A stretch of DNA of 64,000 nucleotides from Pavona decussata (taxonomy: Eukaryota): NCBI GenBank assembly GCA_977016875.1, contig CDRNST010000339.1:1426001-1490000 (forward strand), read 5' to 3'. Of this stretch, positions 11,622-37,050 are shown piece after piece. The stretch's first letter is position 1. Each line of letters begins with the position of its first letter. The notes beneath the pieces were generated by a model that was given only the letters and a program-made list of their open reading frames with translations, made no database searches and was not told the DNA's origin. The translations under genes were made by a program, and so were the position numbers.

Positions 11622-12341
11622 GCGACACTGAAATGAAAACTGCTCTAGGTTTTTTAGGTGATGTATATCTAACGTGTTTGTTCACCCATCTGGACACCAG
11701 CTGTCTGCAAATACACTTAGGCCACTTCCTGTTGTACAAGTAATCCATTGGCAGGCAAAAATACCAGCTCTTATCTCGAGAAAAAAATTTCAATAGGTTT
11801 GCCTTTAATTTTGTCACTTTAAGGTGACACGTCTCTTGCTTTTTTTACCTATAACCACTTGAACTTCGTGAAAAGTCTACACTCACAAAAGGCAATACTT
11901 GATAACTATACCTGTACAACCTGACCAGGGTTAAAATTTCCTGCGTCATGATTAGAACAGTTTTTTTAAGCTAGTCAGAGATTGAACTCATTGTGTTGTA
12001 CGAAAACTTCAATCCAACCGCTAACTCTGCGCTGCGGAGTCTGTTAACAGCAAACGATTTTTGCAGTTGCTAAAAAGAACATTTATCGCTTATGCTGCTG
12101 GAATGAAGAGCGTTAAGGTGAATAAAATCGGTTTTAAGCGTCGATATTTTGAAGCAATTCGTAAACTACAGTTTCTAAGCGGTTAGGAAATCAGTTCCTC
12201 AATTTCAGTGAGTCTGTTGATGACCTATTTCGTCGTGTTCGAGTCTTACGATTTTTACGGCGTTATATCAATGATTTACAGATTAAATACATGAAATTGT
12301 TTACCCAGCGTTCACTTATTTCAGCTACCAGGAACTATAGA

Positions 12342-14365
12342 TAGTCCGTGGGCCAGAAAGTGAAACCCTCCCCCCATCTCGGGATTTTTGCAGACATGTA
12401 TCATTTTAAACCTCTACCCAAGGGTATTCCAAAAACCGATGTTTGCACTTGATCGATTGGTGGGTGTGGCCGTATGGCGCCACTCTTTATTTTAATCAAA
12501 GTGCCACAGGCTATCCAACCCGGAATTTTACAAAAAATCTTCTTAAAAGCTATTATCCATGGAATTAACACACAAAACTACCCATACTTACTCTTCTCCA
12601 TTCCCTCTGTTAGATGATACCTCAACTTTCACTTTTAAGCTTCAAAGTTGGCTACTGCGCATGTCACAAAGTTCATTCAGCTTATACCTATTTAGACTGT
12701 CTGAGATCAGAAGCCGCTTTGATTTATTGGAAGCTTTGTTTTTTACACCCTGTCTGTAAAGTTAAAATCCTTGATCGTGCCAATTTATCTATTGACAGAT
12801 AAAATAACAATCAAAAGAATTGTATGAAACATCCGAAGCTTTAGGTCTCTGGTAAACAAACTTTATTTATTTATTTATTTATTTATTTTAAAAAAACCTC
12901 TAATGTACAATTTTAAAAACACATCTTCATTGTTTGTTTACTTGGCATGAATGTTTTGTTGTAGCACTTCATTGCCTTCCATCACGTGCGGTGAAAGAGA
13001 CAGACATTAGTGTTATGTCTGAAAGAAGCTTCCAAAAAATCAAAGTGCCTTCTGATCTCAGACAGTCTATGGCCGGTTAAGACAGGTTAGACGATATCTG
13101 CTCAAATATTCTACGCAAATTTTTGCCAGCCAGGTAAGGATACCATACATGTAGGTCATGCTATCAACGCTTCACAAATGTTTCCGACCAGTGAATTGCC
13201 GTCAAGAATGATAGTTCTGCAAGTAGACAAAGACTGATATCTTCGTTTGCCCAAGATATCTGTAAAGCAGTTACCAGTGGACAGTGGACGATGCCAAAAC
13301 ACCTACTTCTTGGAATGACTTTGAGGCTCTTGACTGGCAGTGCTGGGATTGTAACGCTGATTAATCGATTTGGCCATTGTGCTTCCTACTCGCGGGTTCT
13401 TCAGCTAGAAACAGCTATGGGCAAAGCTATTGATGAGCAAGAAGGTGTTATTCCATTCACGATCAGCCCAAACATGACGTAGTCACACACCTGTGCTGGG
13501 ACAACTTCGACTTGAGGGAGGAAACGCCATCGGGCGCAAGCACAACACACACTGCTCGCGGCATTATCATTCAGGAAGTGTCAGAAGATACAAGAAATGA
13601 TACAGTCACTCCTACAACATCTGATCAACCTAGAACAAAGGGCCGATCTGTTCGATGCTCCTCAGAAGTCTGATGCCTGATGCTGTATTTGAAAGCGTGG
13701 ATCTGTTCTGAAATTTACATGGAGAAACTTGGTGACGAACATTAATCACTTTTACTACTTTTAGCACAATGGTCTGCTGACGATGGTGACGCGTAACCAG
13801 TCGACCCCATTACCTGATGAAGACTAGCAGTAAGGAGTCGATACGTTTCGGACCACAGCCAGCGACTACATAGTGAGACAAGCAAATCATACTGATTGTT
13901 TCCAGTGAATCTGAAGAGGTTGCAATCGACAAAATCTAGTAAAGGTGCGTCACTGCTCTGTTTTATTTACAGCAAGGAAACATGAGTAATTCTTATGCAT
14001 CACTTCACATATACCCCTTGCACAGGCTGAATGAACTTTGTGACATGCGCAGTAGTCAACTTTGAAGCTTAAAAGTGAAAGTTGAGGTATCATCTAACAG
14101 AGGGAATGGAGAAGAGTAAGTATGGGTAGTTTTGTGTGTTAATTCCATGGATAGTACCTTTTAAGAAGATTGTTTGTAAAATTCCGGGTTGGATAGCCTG
14201 TGGCACTTTGATTAAAATAAAGAATGGCGCCATACGGCCACACCCATCAATCAATCAAGTGCAAACATCGATTTTTGGAATACCTTTGGGTAGAGGTTTA
14301 AAATGATACATGTCTGCAAAAATCCCGAGATGGGGGGAGGGTTTCACTTTCTGGCCCATGGACTA
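12342..14365 (+). mobile_element. Internally deleted Academ-superfamily DNA transposon
   Basis: ~340-bp TIRs starting TAGTCC(G/A)TGGGCCAGAAAG (12342-~12682; ~14025-14365); 3-bp TSD AGA; degenerate transposase fragment at ~13230-13600 (PKHLLLGMTLRLLTGS..INRFGHCASY..ET; WDNFDLREETPSG..TTH..GIIIQE). Confidence 0.85.
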
Positions 14366-17300
14366 AGACCTTTTGGTTCTAACAAGAAATAGGGTTCTCT
14401 TTGCTCTAAACAATAGGCTTTAATTTTTTAACCGATGAAAATCCCCTTCACATGCAAACTCATGCAATTCTCCTTTCCGGGAGGTTTAGGTCATTCTTTA
14501 CATCCCTACAATTTTAAGGACAGTTGTCCAATTTATCCCGTGATAATCCCTAAAATTAAGGAAGTTATCCTTACAAGTAAGTTTTTTTCCCTTGTTCCTA
14601 GTAAAATATAATTTTTCAATTATCTCTGTAGGACCAGAAATCCAAACAAACAAAGGTCTTTCTTATCCTTAGGTGGCGCTAGGAATACTGCTTCAGAAAA
14701 GGACATTCCTGCTTGATTCGAACAGCCTGTTTGCTAGAACTAAAAAAATCATGTCATTAAAAATCAGGATTTTTTTTTTTTTTTGCGCTAATTCAGTTTT
14801 CAACCGTATTGTAATTCAACCCAATTGAATTGTTTTACGCGTTGTCAACAAAAGTAAGACAGTTTATAACCCGTCAAATTGCACGAACTGTGAATGAGCT
14901 CATTTTTATAAGCACTCAGAATCAGTTTTTACGGCTGGGCATCAGTTCCTCAGTCTATCAGCAGAAAAAAGATATGATGTGCCAGGTCTTGAGAGATGTT
15001 TACAAGATGTGTCTACGATTGGCATAAACAATAACAATATTCGCCTCTTCTCTGAATTGAAGCACATAGGTTAAGGAATCCAAATGATTATCAATAATTG
15101 GATCTTTTTTATTTACCTTACCGCAGTTCTTGTCCCAAGTTTCAACAACTGACACTCGCAGACAATGATTGATTGAATTTGCTTGTGATTATGTTTTCTG
15201 CAGTTGTAAATAAACAAACCGGAACGAATCAGGGGCAACAGGCCTGAATGTTCCACGTTGCACAATTTAAGACAAAGACAATCCAGCTAGCGCGGTAGAA
15301 CTGTTTGGGAAGGGAAGGGTAAAAGCATTTTGTGTCGCCGTTGTTTTCAATTTTGCTGTATGGACAGCGTTTTGGTGCAGATCTAGAAGTCAATAAATCA
15401 GTGATACCTATAACAATAGGAACTTTAAACTCACATTATTGACAGTGATACAAAAGATCGCCACGTTTATCGGATTTATCCCCAACTGTGATCCACTGGT
15501 GTTCTTGAAACAAAGAAACAATTTTTTCAACCGAAAACAAAAGCAGGTCAGAGAAATTCGAAAGATATGATCAGGGGGCAATTTCCTCTCACCTGAGGGA
15601 CTTCAGATGTCCTTCTTGGTTTTTGCCTCAATTCACGACCACGTAATTTTTTTTTTCGTTCGTTTAGGACATTTCCGCTAGTGTAAGGTGGATATGCAGT
15701 TATTCAGTTATAAATAGTTTATCTTTCACAAGAACTTTCACCGTGAACTGTTTCTCTTTGTGAGATTATCATGCAGTTAAGAAATTCTTTAAATGACGCT
15801 TTGAAAAGTTTTGATGTCCTTTTTCAGATATTGCAAGTTTAACGAAGAATACGGAAGACTGTAAGCTCTCGTGAAAGTAACATGGCAGACCCAGGCTGTT
15901 AACACGGCATAAAACGCCTGACAGGATACATCCAAGACGCATTAGTTTAGTAGAGTTTATAAAGGCTGAGTTATCTAATTGATGAAGGCTAGGGGAAGTT
16001 CCTATTGATTTTTTTATCACAGTTATGTTTCGAGTTACTTCAGTAAGCAAGTTCTTATCAGTGCTTACAAAACGATTTTGCACAATTTGACACATTTACT
16101 TTTTCTTTGGAACGGTGAAAATTGTCTTAATTGAATACAACCGATAACAGTCAACATACTTTGCGAGTGAAACTCGGGAAATGAGTACTTTAAAAAAAAT
16201 TATAGATTATGATGCGGTTATGGATAGAAAGCGCATAATACAACATCATTAAAGGCAAACCGACTGAAAATGGCACCCTCAGTTAAGAAAGACATCGAGA
16301 TAACGTTCAATAGCACTCTTGTCGTCCTTTGCCAGACAATGGGCGGGTACGTATGTTCAGAGACGGCTGGTGCTCACAATTAGAGCCAAAAAGTTGCAGG
16401 AAACGCATCAAAGGAGAGAGACAGTGACGACACGTGTTTTCTAGAGCAAACAACAAAATTGGAATGAGGCTTTAGAAACAAGAATCGTGAACCTATTTAC
16501 TTTGTCAATAAACTTAACATTCGTTATCATTCAATTGGTTCTCCAAGAGGTTCTGTATGTTTGTTTTTCGAGAAAAATAGAGCAAGAACATCATTTGATT
16601 TTCATTTGAAAAGCTCTGCACTGGGTCTCGCTTTCATGATGAGGTTCACAGCAACCCGGAAGTGGCCTATTTGGACAAGCGCGCCATACGTGGCGTATTA
16701 ATTTTGCCAAGGAAGTGTATGTTCCTATTACAAGTACAGCGGGCGTAAAAGCGGTGAAACGATTTTTTTTTTCCGATATCCATATCGGGATTCCATCTGA
16801 TTCGATCGAGTAAATTTATTGCATATGAATGAAAAAGGATTTTCATAATAAAAGCTTTGCACCTAGCCTCGCTTTCATAATGAGGCTCAAAATAGCCTAT
16901 TTATGCGCCAATATAATTTGATTTGTGATAATCCCGCAATGCCGCAAACTAGTATAAATCTTGCTCGCTCCCGAGCTACTCGCCACTTTTCTAAGCTGCT
17001 GCTCAGAAAGGCATTTGACCTGAACCTTTCAAAAGCTCTATTTTCACTGGACCCCTATAACCTGTAGCTGCATTGTTTTTTAGGGTTGGGAGCATTGTTC
17101 TGTTGTTCGTTCTTTTGTCCTCTAGACGTTGCAAATGGTACAGGTACCCCCAGAAAAGGTACCCAACGATGTAAGAGTGGGAATTACCACTGCAATGAAT
17201 AGCTTATGAATGAGTTCCTCTACAACCAAGAAACATCAAAGGAAAAAAAATACCTTGAACAACTTCTAATGTTTTATTCATTTTCTTCAACGTCAATAGT

Positions 17301-17607
17301 AATTTCTCTTCTGCAAATTAACGCTGGTAAAGAAACTTATTTTAAAAGTGAAACAAAGCCATGCCGACTACATATCAGACATATGCTTTTCTGAAATCTA
17401 ATATGATGCGTCCTCGAGTAACAATAACACGCGGTCTACGATAAAACGTCTGAATTATTACAAGAGCCACAACAGGCATTTATAAGTTAAAACAACGTAA
17501 AACAGTTCGCCATGTTCGGCCGCCAGTTGTGACAACAGCTTAGCAATGCCTTGCAGATTTGACTTCGTAGTCGTACCATTCGCTTTCAACCTTGGCATCA
17601 ATAAAAC

Positions 17608-31340
<13,733 letters not shown>

Positions 31341-32267
31341 GTTGGTTGAAAGAGAAAGAAGGCACGTGTTCAAGACGTCAAACCGGCAAAGCGCAATGCG
31401 CAGCATGTGGAGGAGGACTGGACTCATCTTCAAAACGAGTCTATGATATAGGCACGCAAAAAGTACGCAAATTTGATAGTACACATAGTCAATGTCAGCA
31501 CAAATTATTGCTTTTAAAAAACAATTTCGGAGGAATACTCGAACCACTGAGAGAGCATATTTCTGCCAGTTCACTATTCTGTTCTGCGTTCACTATCCGG
31601 CCTTTTGTGTTTTGAATTTTGTGTCTTTGTGACTTTATGTCACCTGCATCAAATAGACCATCGTCATAACATGCATCGCAAACTGGCGACCGGCATTGCA
31701 AAAGCACGGATTTTTTTTTATAGTTTATATCATGTTGAAACAAACAAGCTGTTTGCCTCACGGGCTGGCCACTTCTGATGTAAATCATTTCAGGTGACTG
31801 TTCCGTGAGACGAACGATATTACACGCGTTAATATTGCACCTGTAACGATGACACTAGTTAACTATAATTTCAAGGAGAAATATCCCTCTCATATATTCC
31901 CCTAAGGCCAGCATGAAGACGAAAAATCAGGCGACTTCCTCGGTTGCAGTGCAACTTTATTTCCGGAACGAAGGAGAACCTAGAGAGAAGCTCTTTACTA
32001 ACAAGCTACATATATTACAGTAAATTGATTTTACTCAGGTCTCAGTCGAATTTAATTTTGTTAATAGTAAGTCCCGACTTAAGATTCCTTAAAACAACCT
32101 TGTGATAGGTATAAAACAAGTCCTTTGTGGTAAGCCATTAATAATGACAGGATTTTATTTTCCTTAGGAAAACATTTTACTCAACCAAGCCTGTAAATAG
32201 TCAGTCTGGCTGACTATTTTGATCCTAAACCAACAGTTCATAAGAAAAGGACTATAAAAACTTCTTC

Positions 32268-33120
32268 CAAACAATAACAATAACAATACTTTATTCCACC
32301 CCATTGTAATTACAATAGAAAATGTAAATATATACATAGAATAGATGAAAGGGGTGCTGGCTGCCCGAAATAACCTAGAAGTTAAAAATGCCAGGCAGCC
32401 AGCTGTAAGAAAAGATATTTAAATGTTAAGGTCAGGGACACAAGAACACACATAAATACACACAAAAATAAAGTTAAACAGAGTTAAGTAAAGTACCAGT
32501 ATATTAAAATGACCATAATTCTTGCGTTGCAAAACAGTATTATTTCTTATCTTAGAATTGCAAAATCGAAATCGAAGTACAGATGTCTAGTAATCTTTGA
32601 TTAAGTGTTGTTTCATTTTCTTTTTAAATAAAGACAAAGAAAATGATTTAATATCTTCATCAATGGAATTCCACACTGATGGACCTTGAAATCTAATATT
32701 GAATATTCCATAATTAGTTCTTGCTTTTGGGAGATAATAAGACTGTTTTGCAGCAAGCCTTGTATTATAGCTATGAATCTGTGTTATTTTAGTGAAAAAA
32801 GAAATAAAAACAGGTGGTAATAGTTGATTGTGATATTTGTACATAAAGATGGCTAAATAAAAAGTTACTAGGTCCAAAAATTTTATAATTTCAAGAGACT
32901 TAAACAAAGGATTAGAGTGTTCATCAAATCTAGAGAAGGTAATAATTCGCATTGCTTTTTTCTGTAGAATAACAATTGGCTGAAGAGTAGTCTTATAAGT
33001 ATTTCCCCAGATAATTATTCCATAACTCTAAAAAGGATATATAAAGGCATAATATAAGCTTAATAAAATATCTAGGCTAACATAATATCGAAGTTTAGAG
33101 AGAATACCAATGCTTCTTCT
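32268..33120 (-). mobile_element. 5'-truncated CR1/L2-group LINE (RT C-terminus + 3' UTR + (TTGTTA)n tail) just downstream of GAREM-like copy 1
   Basis: ORF 32587-32952 and upstream ..SIGILSKLRYYV...LYYAFIYP..YGIIIWGNTY..LQKKAMRII..HSNPLFKSL..YNTR; absent from the homologous flank of copy 2. Confidence 0.85.
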
Positions 33121-33224
33121 GATACCACAAACAGTTTCTAAAACGTCAATGTTTGAATGAGCAGTATTCATAAAATTAAGATAAAACAGAATGAAAATAT
33201 TACAAAATTTAAAGCAGAAAGCAA

Positions 33225-33817
33225 TTATTGATGTGGCCTCCATCCATTAATAAACATCATTATTTTGTTCTGATGAAAAGCGTTCACACCAAGAGACGAT
33301 AACAGCTCTTCATTCAGTGTCACAAACAACTCTCCATCTATCTGGTTGCTTTCAAATAACTCCACATACTTCCCCATTTTGAGCTTTTTTAGACATTCTC
33401 CGACTTCGGACACGGAGAGGCATCTGAGATCATCTGGATAATCCAGGGATACATTCGTAGCTGAAGGTGTTGGAGGTGAAGTGGAAAGGCTTGACCAAGC
33501 ACTTTTGACGGGCTGTTTTTCAGAGCTGTATATATTTGCACCAGAGCTCACTTGGGAAGAGGTAACCGGACTCTCATCGATCCTCGATGGCTTGGAAGGG
33601 GTCTTCCCTTTGAACAAATTTTCAATTCGTTCCTTTATAGAACCTTTTCTGTCACGGTTCGGGTTCTCCTGGCGAGAAATGGATGCGCTTTCCATGTCAA
33701 CAACCGGTACAGCCGGTACAACCGGTACAACCGGATATAAATAATCGTGATCTGAGCTTGAGCTCTCATCATCTGAGAAGTCCGGGTCAAGATAATCATC
33801 ATCATCATTATCATCAA

Positions 33818-33856
<39 letters not shown>

Positions 33857-35162
33857 AACCATATCTTTCACTGAGTTGAGTTGGACACATTGGTGTCTGA
33901 TCTTCCGCAGCTAAACTGGGCAAGTTGTCATCGGAAGGCACATTACAATATTCTCCATATGCATCAGCCGTCGTTGAGGAAGATGGCTTCATTGAAAAAG
34001 TTCGAAGGGGAGGTGGTGGAGGTACATCATCATCTGTCCAACTGGACACTGCGTTTCCCTCAGGATTACCATTGGACTTTTGCCTCTCCAATTTGCTGCT
34101 TTCCGCAGGCAGAGGCTGTTGCGGTGCCGTCTGCTTTGGAGATGTTGGCGGTGACACAAGCTTTGGCGGTTTTAAAGGCCTTGGAGGAGGTAGGTCCACG
34201 TATTCCTTACGTGAATCCGAATGGCCACTTCCGGGTTTCAAACCGCCGGGGCTTCGAGGTGGAACAGGAGGTTTCTTTTCCACGTATTCGTAAAGGAACT
34301 CTACATCGCGTTCGCCGGACAACCTAGAAGGATTTATCATAGCGGAGAGATCGACCTTTTCTAGGTCAGCACCGTCATGGATTTTTCTGCAGAATCTGGC
34401 GTAAGTCTCATCACCTGTTAGAGCTCCTTCAGCCGGTCGCACGCTCACTTCTAAATCCGTGGGGATCATTAGAACGGAGACATTATCATCAGCACGGCTT
34501 GTACAAATAACTGTGGACTCTTCGCAAATTTCCTTTAAGAGTACTGAGCCAAGGGAGGGCAAGTCAACCTCGCTGTTTACATCTTGGATCGCCATGTCAC
34601 CGGAGATGAATTTCACTCGAACAGGAAATTTAAAGGAGGTTAGAACGTCTTGTAAATGGTATTCTTTTGTTCTAGCTAAAGGCTCAAAGGCAGCTTTGAA
34701 CTCCAAAGGAAGTCTTACTACGTCTCGTGTCTTGTCTAGAAACTCGCATTCAATGAATTTTCCGCGGTTTTCTTCGACAGTGTTCTTCAGCTGTAAAATG
34801 TCTCCTGCTTTCAATCTAAATGACGGTGGGCTGTCGTGAACGACGCGAATAAACTGAATAGAAGTGGCTTCGACAATATCTTGAACGCTGTAATATATAT
34901 CCTCGCAGATTGTAGGAAGTATTTCGACTTTGCATGGGCAGTTTACTGGGATAAAAAATTGCTTTGTTCCGGTAGGTTTTGCGACGACCTTGTTGGTTTT
35001 CTTGGTGAAATGCAGAGTAAGAATTTGTCCTGCTGATAGCGTCTTCGCGTCAGTTTCACTGTAGATTCCATGTTCGACTTGGACCAATTGTGGAAACGAA
35101 AAATTGTCAACAAACTCCCTCAGCGTAAAAGACTTCTCGCTCCAAACGATGTTCTCAAACAT
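33225..35162 (-). CDS. GAREM: GAREM-like adaptor, copy 1 (CABIT module, Pro/Tyr-rich acidic linker, C-terminal SAM), single coding exon
   Basis: 645-aa ORF; N-term W..FTLREFVDNFSFPQLVQV and second repeat FKFPVRVKF (CABIT); PPVPPRSP; SAM ending KIMMFINGWRP as in the GAREM family. Confidence 0.85.
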
Positions 35163-35551
35163 TGTTAGCTCAAAAGTTGCTCAAATGCCCCACGGTACAG
35201 CTACTAAGTTAAAAGATAATATGAATAACATCGTTTCTCCGCCTCAAATAAAATATAAACATTGTCGTCTGAGCAATAATTGTCTGTGTAAAGACATGCA
35301 TATTCATCTCTTGCAGATTAAATGCAAGACGATGTCTGAAGAATATGAGTCTTTTTAACCGAAACTTTTCTTTGTAGATTAGTACCGGCTTAAAAGATAT
35401 CAATTAAACACTTTATTTTGCAATGCATAAAGCAATTTTATGCTTTAGTGTTTTATTTAAGTCGGTATTAAAAACACGTCAGAACTCGAAAATATTCTGT
35501 GTATAAATTAATTCACAAATTCAACAGTCGATAGGCCTCTGGTTTAAAAGG

Positions 35552-35559
35552 TGACGTCA
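35552..35559. promoter_or_regulatory. Perfect CRE palindrome TGACGTCA upstream of copy 1 (counterpart at 39577-39584 upstream of copy 2)
   Basis: Conserved in both paralogous upstream blocks while the surrounding sequence has diverged. Confidence 0.45.
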
Positions 35560-36266
35560 GAGATATCTTGAAGGAGTCGCTGATTTGCAATTTAAAGTAT
35601 TGCGAGATATTTGAATTTCACCTTCTCAGTAACGAACAGTTTGAACAGATAATGCAATCTGGAGGGATAAATGATTTACAATTCACAAAACTGTGAGATT
35701 TTTTAATGTTACGGTCTTTGCGTGCAGCGAACAGTTTGCACACGCAATACACGGAAGCCAAGATGGATTAAGACACCGGTCACGCGAACCGACTGATTGC
35801 ATGACTGAAAAAGGATCTAAAATGATCGTTAAATTGATTATCTCTTAAATGGTCACGCCATGAGTCTATTAACTCACGGATACAAACTGATGGACACCAA
35901 ACAATATTCTTCCGTTACGCCAGAAATTCAAAGGTAATAATTTTATTTCATTAGGTCAATTCCCGTTAGGTCTTGCGTGGAGAGAAATATCGATTTTTTT
36001 TCACCATGTTGTACTTCCGTGTGTCGTCAAAAAATGGTAATGTTCGATTGTCAGCCCTGTTTGGGGAAGGGAGGGGAGGGGGTGGGATGGGCACTTCTGA
36101 AATGACAGATGATTAAGAGACGGTGACGTTCAGTAATGGCTTGAATTGATTGAAACCGAGGAAATACGGGAAAATGTTCGAATCTTGATCAAGTAACCTG
36201 GAAAGAAGTTGTGTCTTAACTAGCTACATATAATACACTAAATTGAATTCAGGCTGTCTTTCAAAC

Positions 36267-36412
36267 TTTAATAACTTTCAAATAGAAGAAAGATCCTCGC
36301 AGGATCGCAGGATCAGTTAGTTGCGTACCAACTGCGAGGATCTTTCTTCTATTTGATCTTTGATCCGCAGTTCGAAACTGTTATGTTCATATATTTACAT
36401 TCATTTAATAAC
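36267..36412. mobile_element. Miniature inverted insertion related to the 3' module of the tRNA-derived repeat
   Basis: Inverted arms CAAATAGAAGAAAGATCCTCGCAG / CTGCGAGGATCTTTCTTCTATTTG, tail CCGCAGTTC...TTCATATA; TTTAATAAC duplicated on both sides. Confidence 0.6.
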
Positions 36413-36843
36413 CTTGCAAATCAAAAGTCGTCGACTTGAGATTCCTAAAATAATTGCTCCATGAACAAACAAGTCCTTAGGGTTAAGCCATATATTAATA
36501 GGATTTTATTTTTCCTTAGCAAAACACCTTCACTCACAAGTCCTTAGGGTTAAGCCATTAATGGGATTTTATTTTTCCTTAGCAAAACACCTTTACTCAG
36601 CCAGACCTGGAAATAATTGAATCTTTTCTAAATGGCTATTTCGATACTAAACCAACAGTTCATGTGACGGAAGGACTAAAAATTCTTGTAAATTCATTGT
36701 ATTAATAAACTATTTGTAACAATGTCTTAAAGAGTTTCTGAATCAATCATTTTCATTGAGGAGTATTCATAAACTTAAGGTTGGAACTGCGAAAACCAGA
36801 ATGAAAATATTACAAAATTTAAAGCCGAAAAGCAATTATTTAA

Positions 36844-37045
36844 CCCTTTAAGCCCTAAGGGTGATCAGCATCAAATTTCTCCTTGTAATATCAATGCTTA
36901 TTCAACCGCTATGGGCATGAGAATTAAGGATATGATCACTCAAGGAGAGTTTTCTTGATAGTTTAATATCTTCTTCCCAGTACTTTTAGGAAAAGTATAG
37001 GAACAAGATAGGAGAATTTGTTTCTTGATATTAGGGGTTAAAGGG
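36844..37045. mobile_element. piggyBac-type MITE (TTAA target) immediately after the stop codon of GAREM-like copy 2
   Basis: TTAA-CCCTTTAA ... TTAAAGGG-TTAA; absent at the homologous site of copy 1. Confidence 0.8.
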
Positions 37046-37050
37046 TTAAT

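Noticed and set aside
14830-16095. Short ORFs downstream of the Academ element
   Set aside because: No recognisable motif, consistent splice chain or frame; cannot be supported
31341-31574. N-terminal extension of the 388-aa ORF upstream of MAASNYYG
   Set aside because: Non-ATG-initiated run with UTR/promoter-like composition; the ATG at 31340 has good context (AACATGG)
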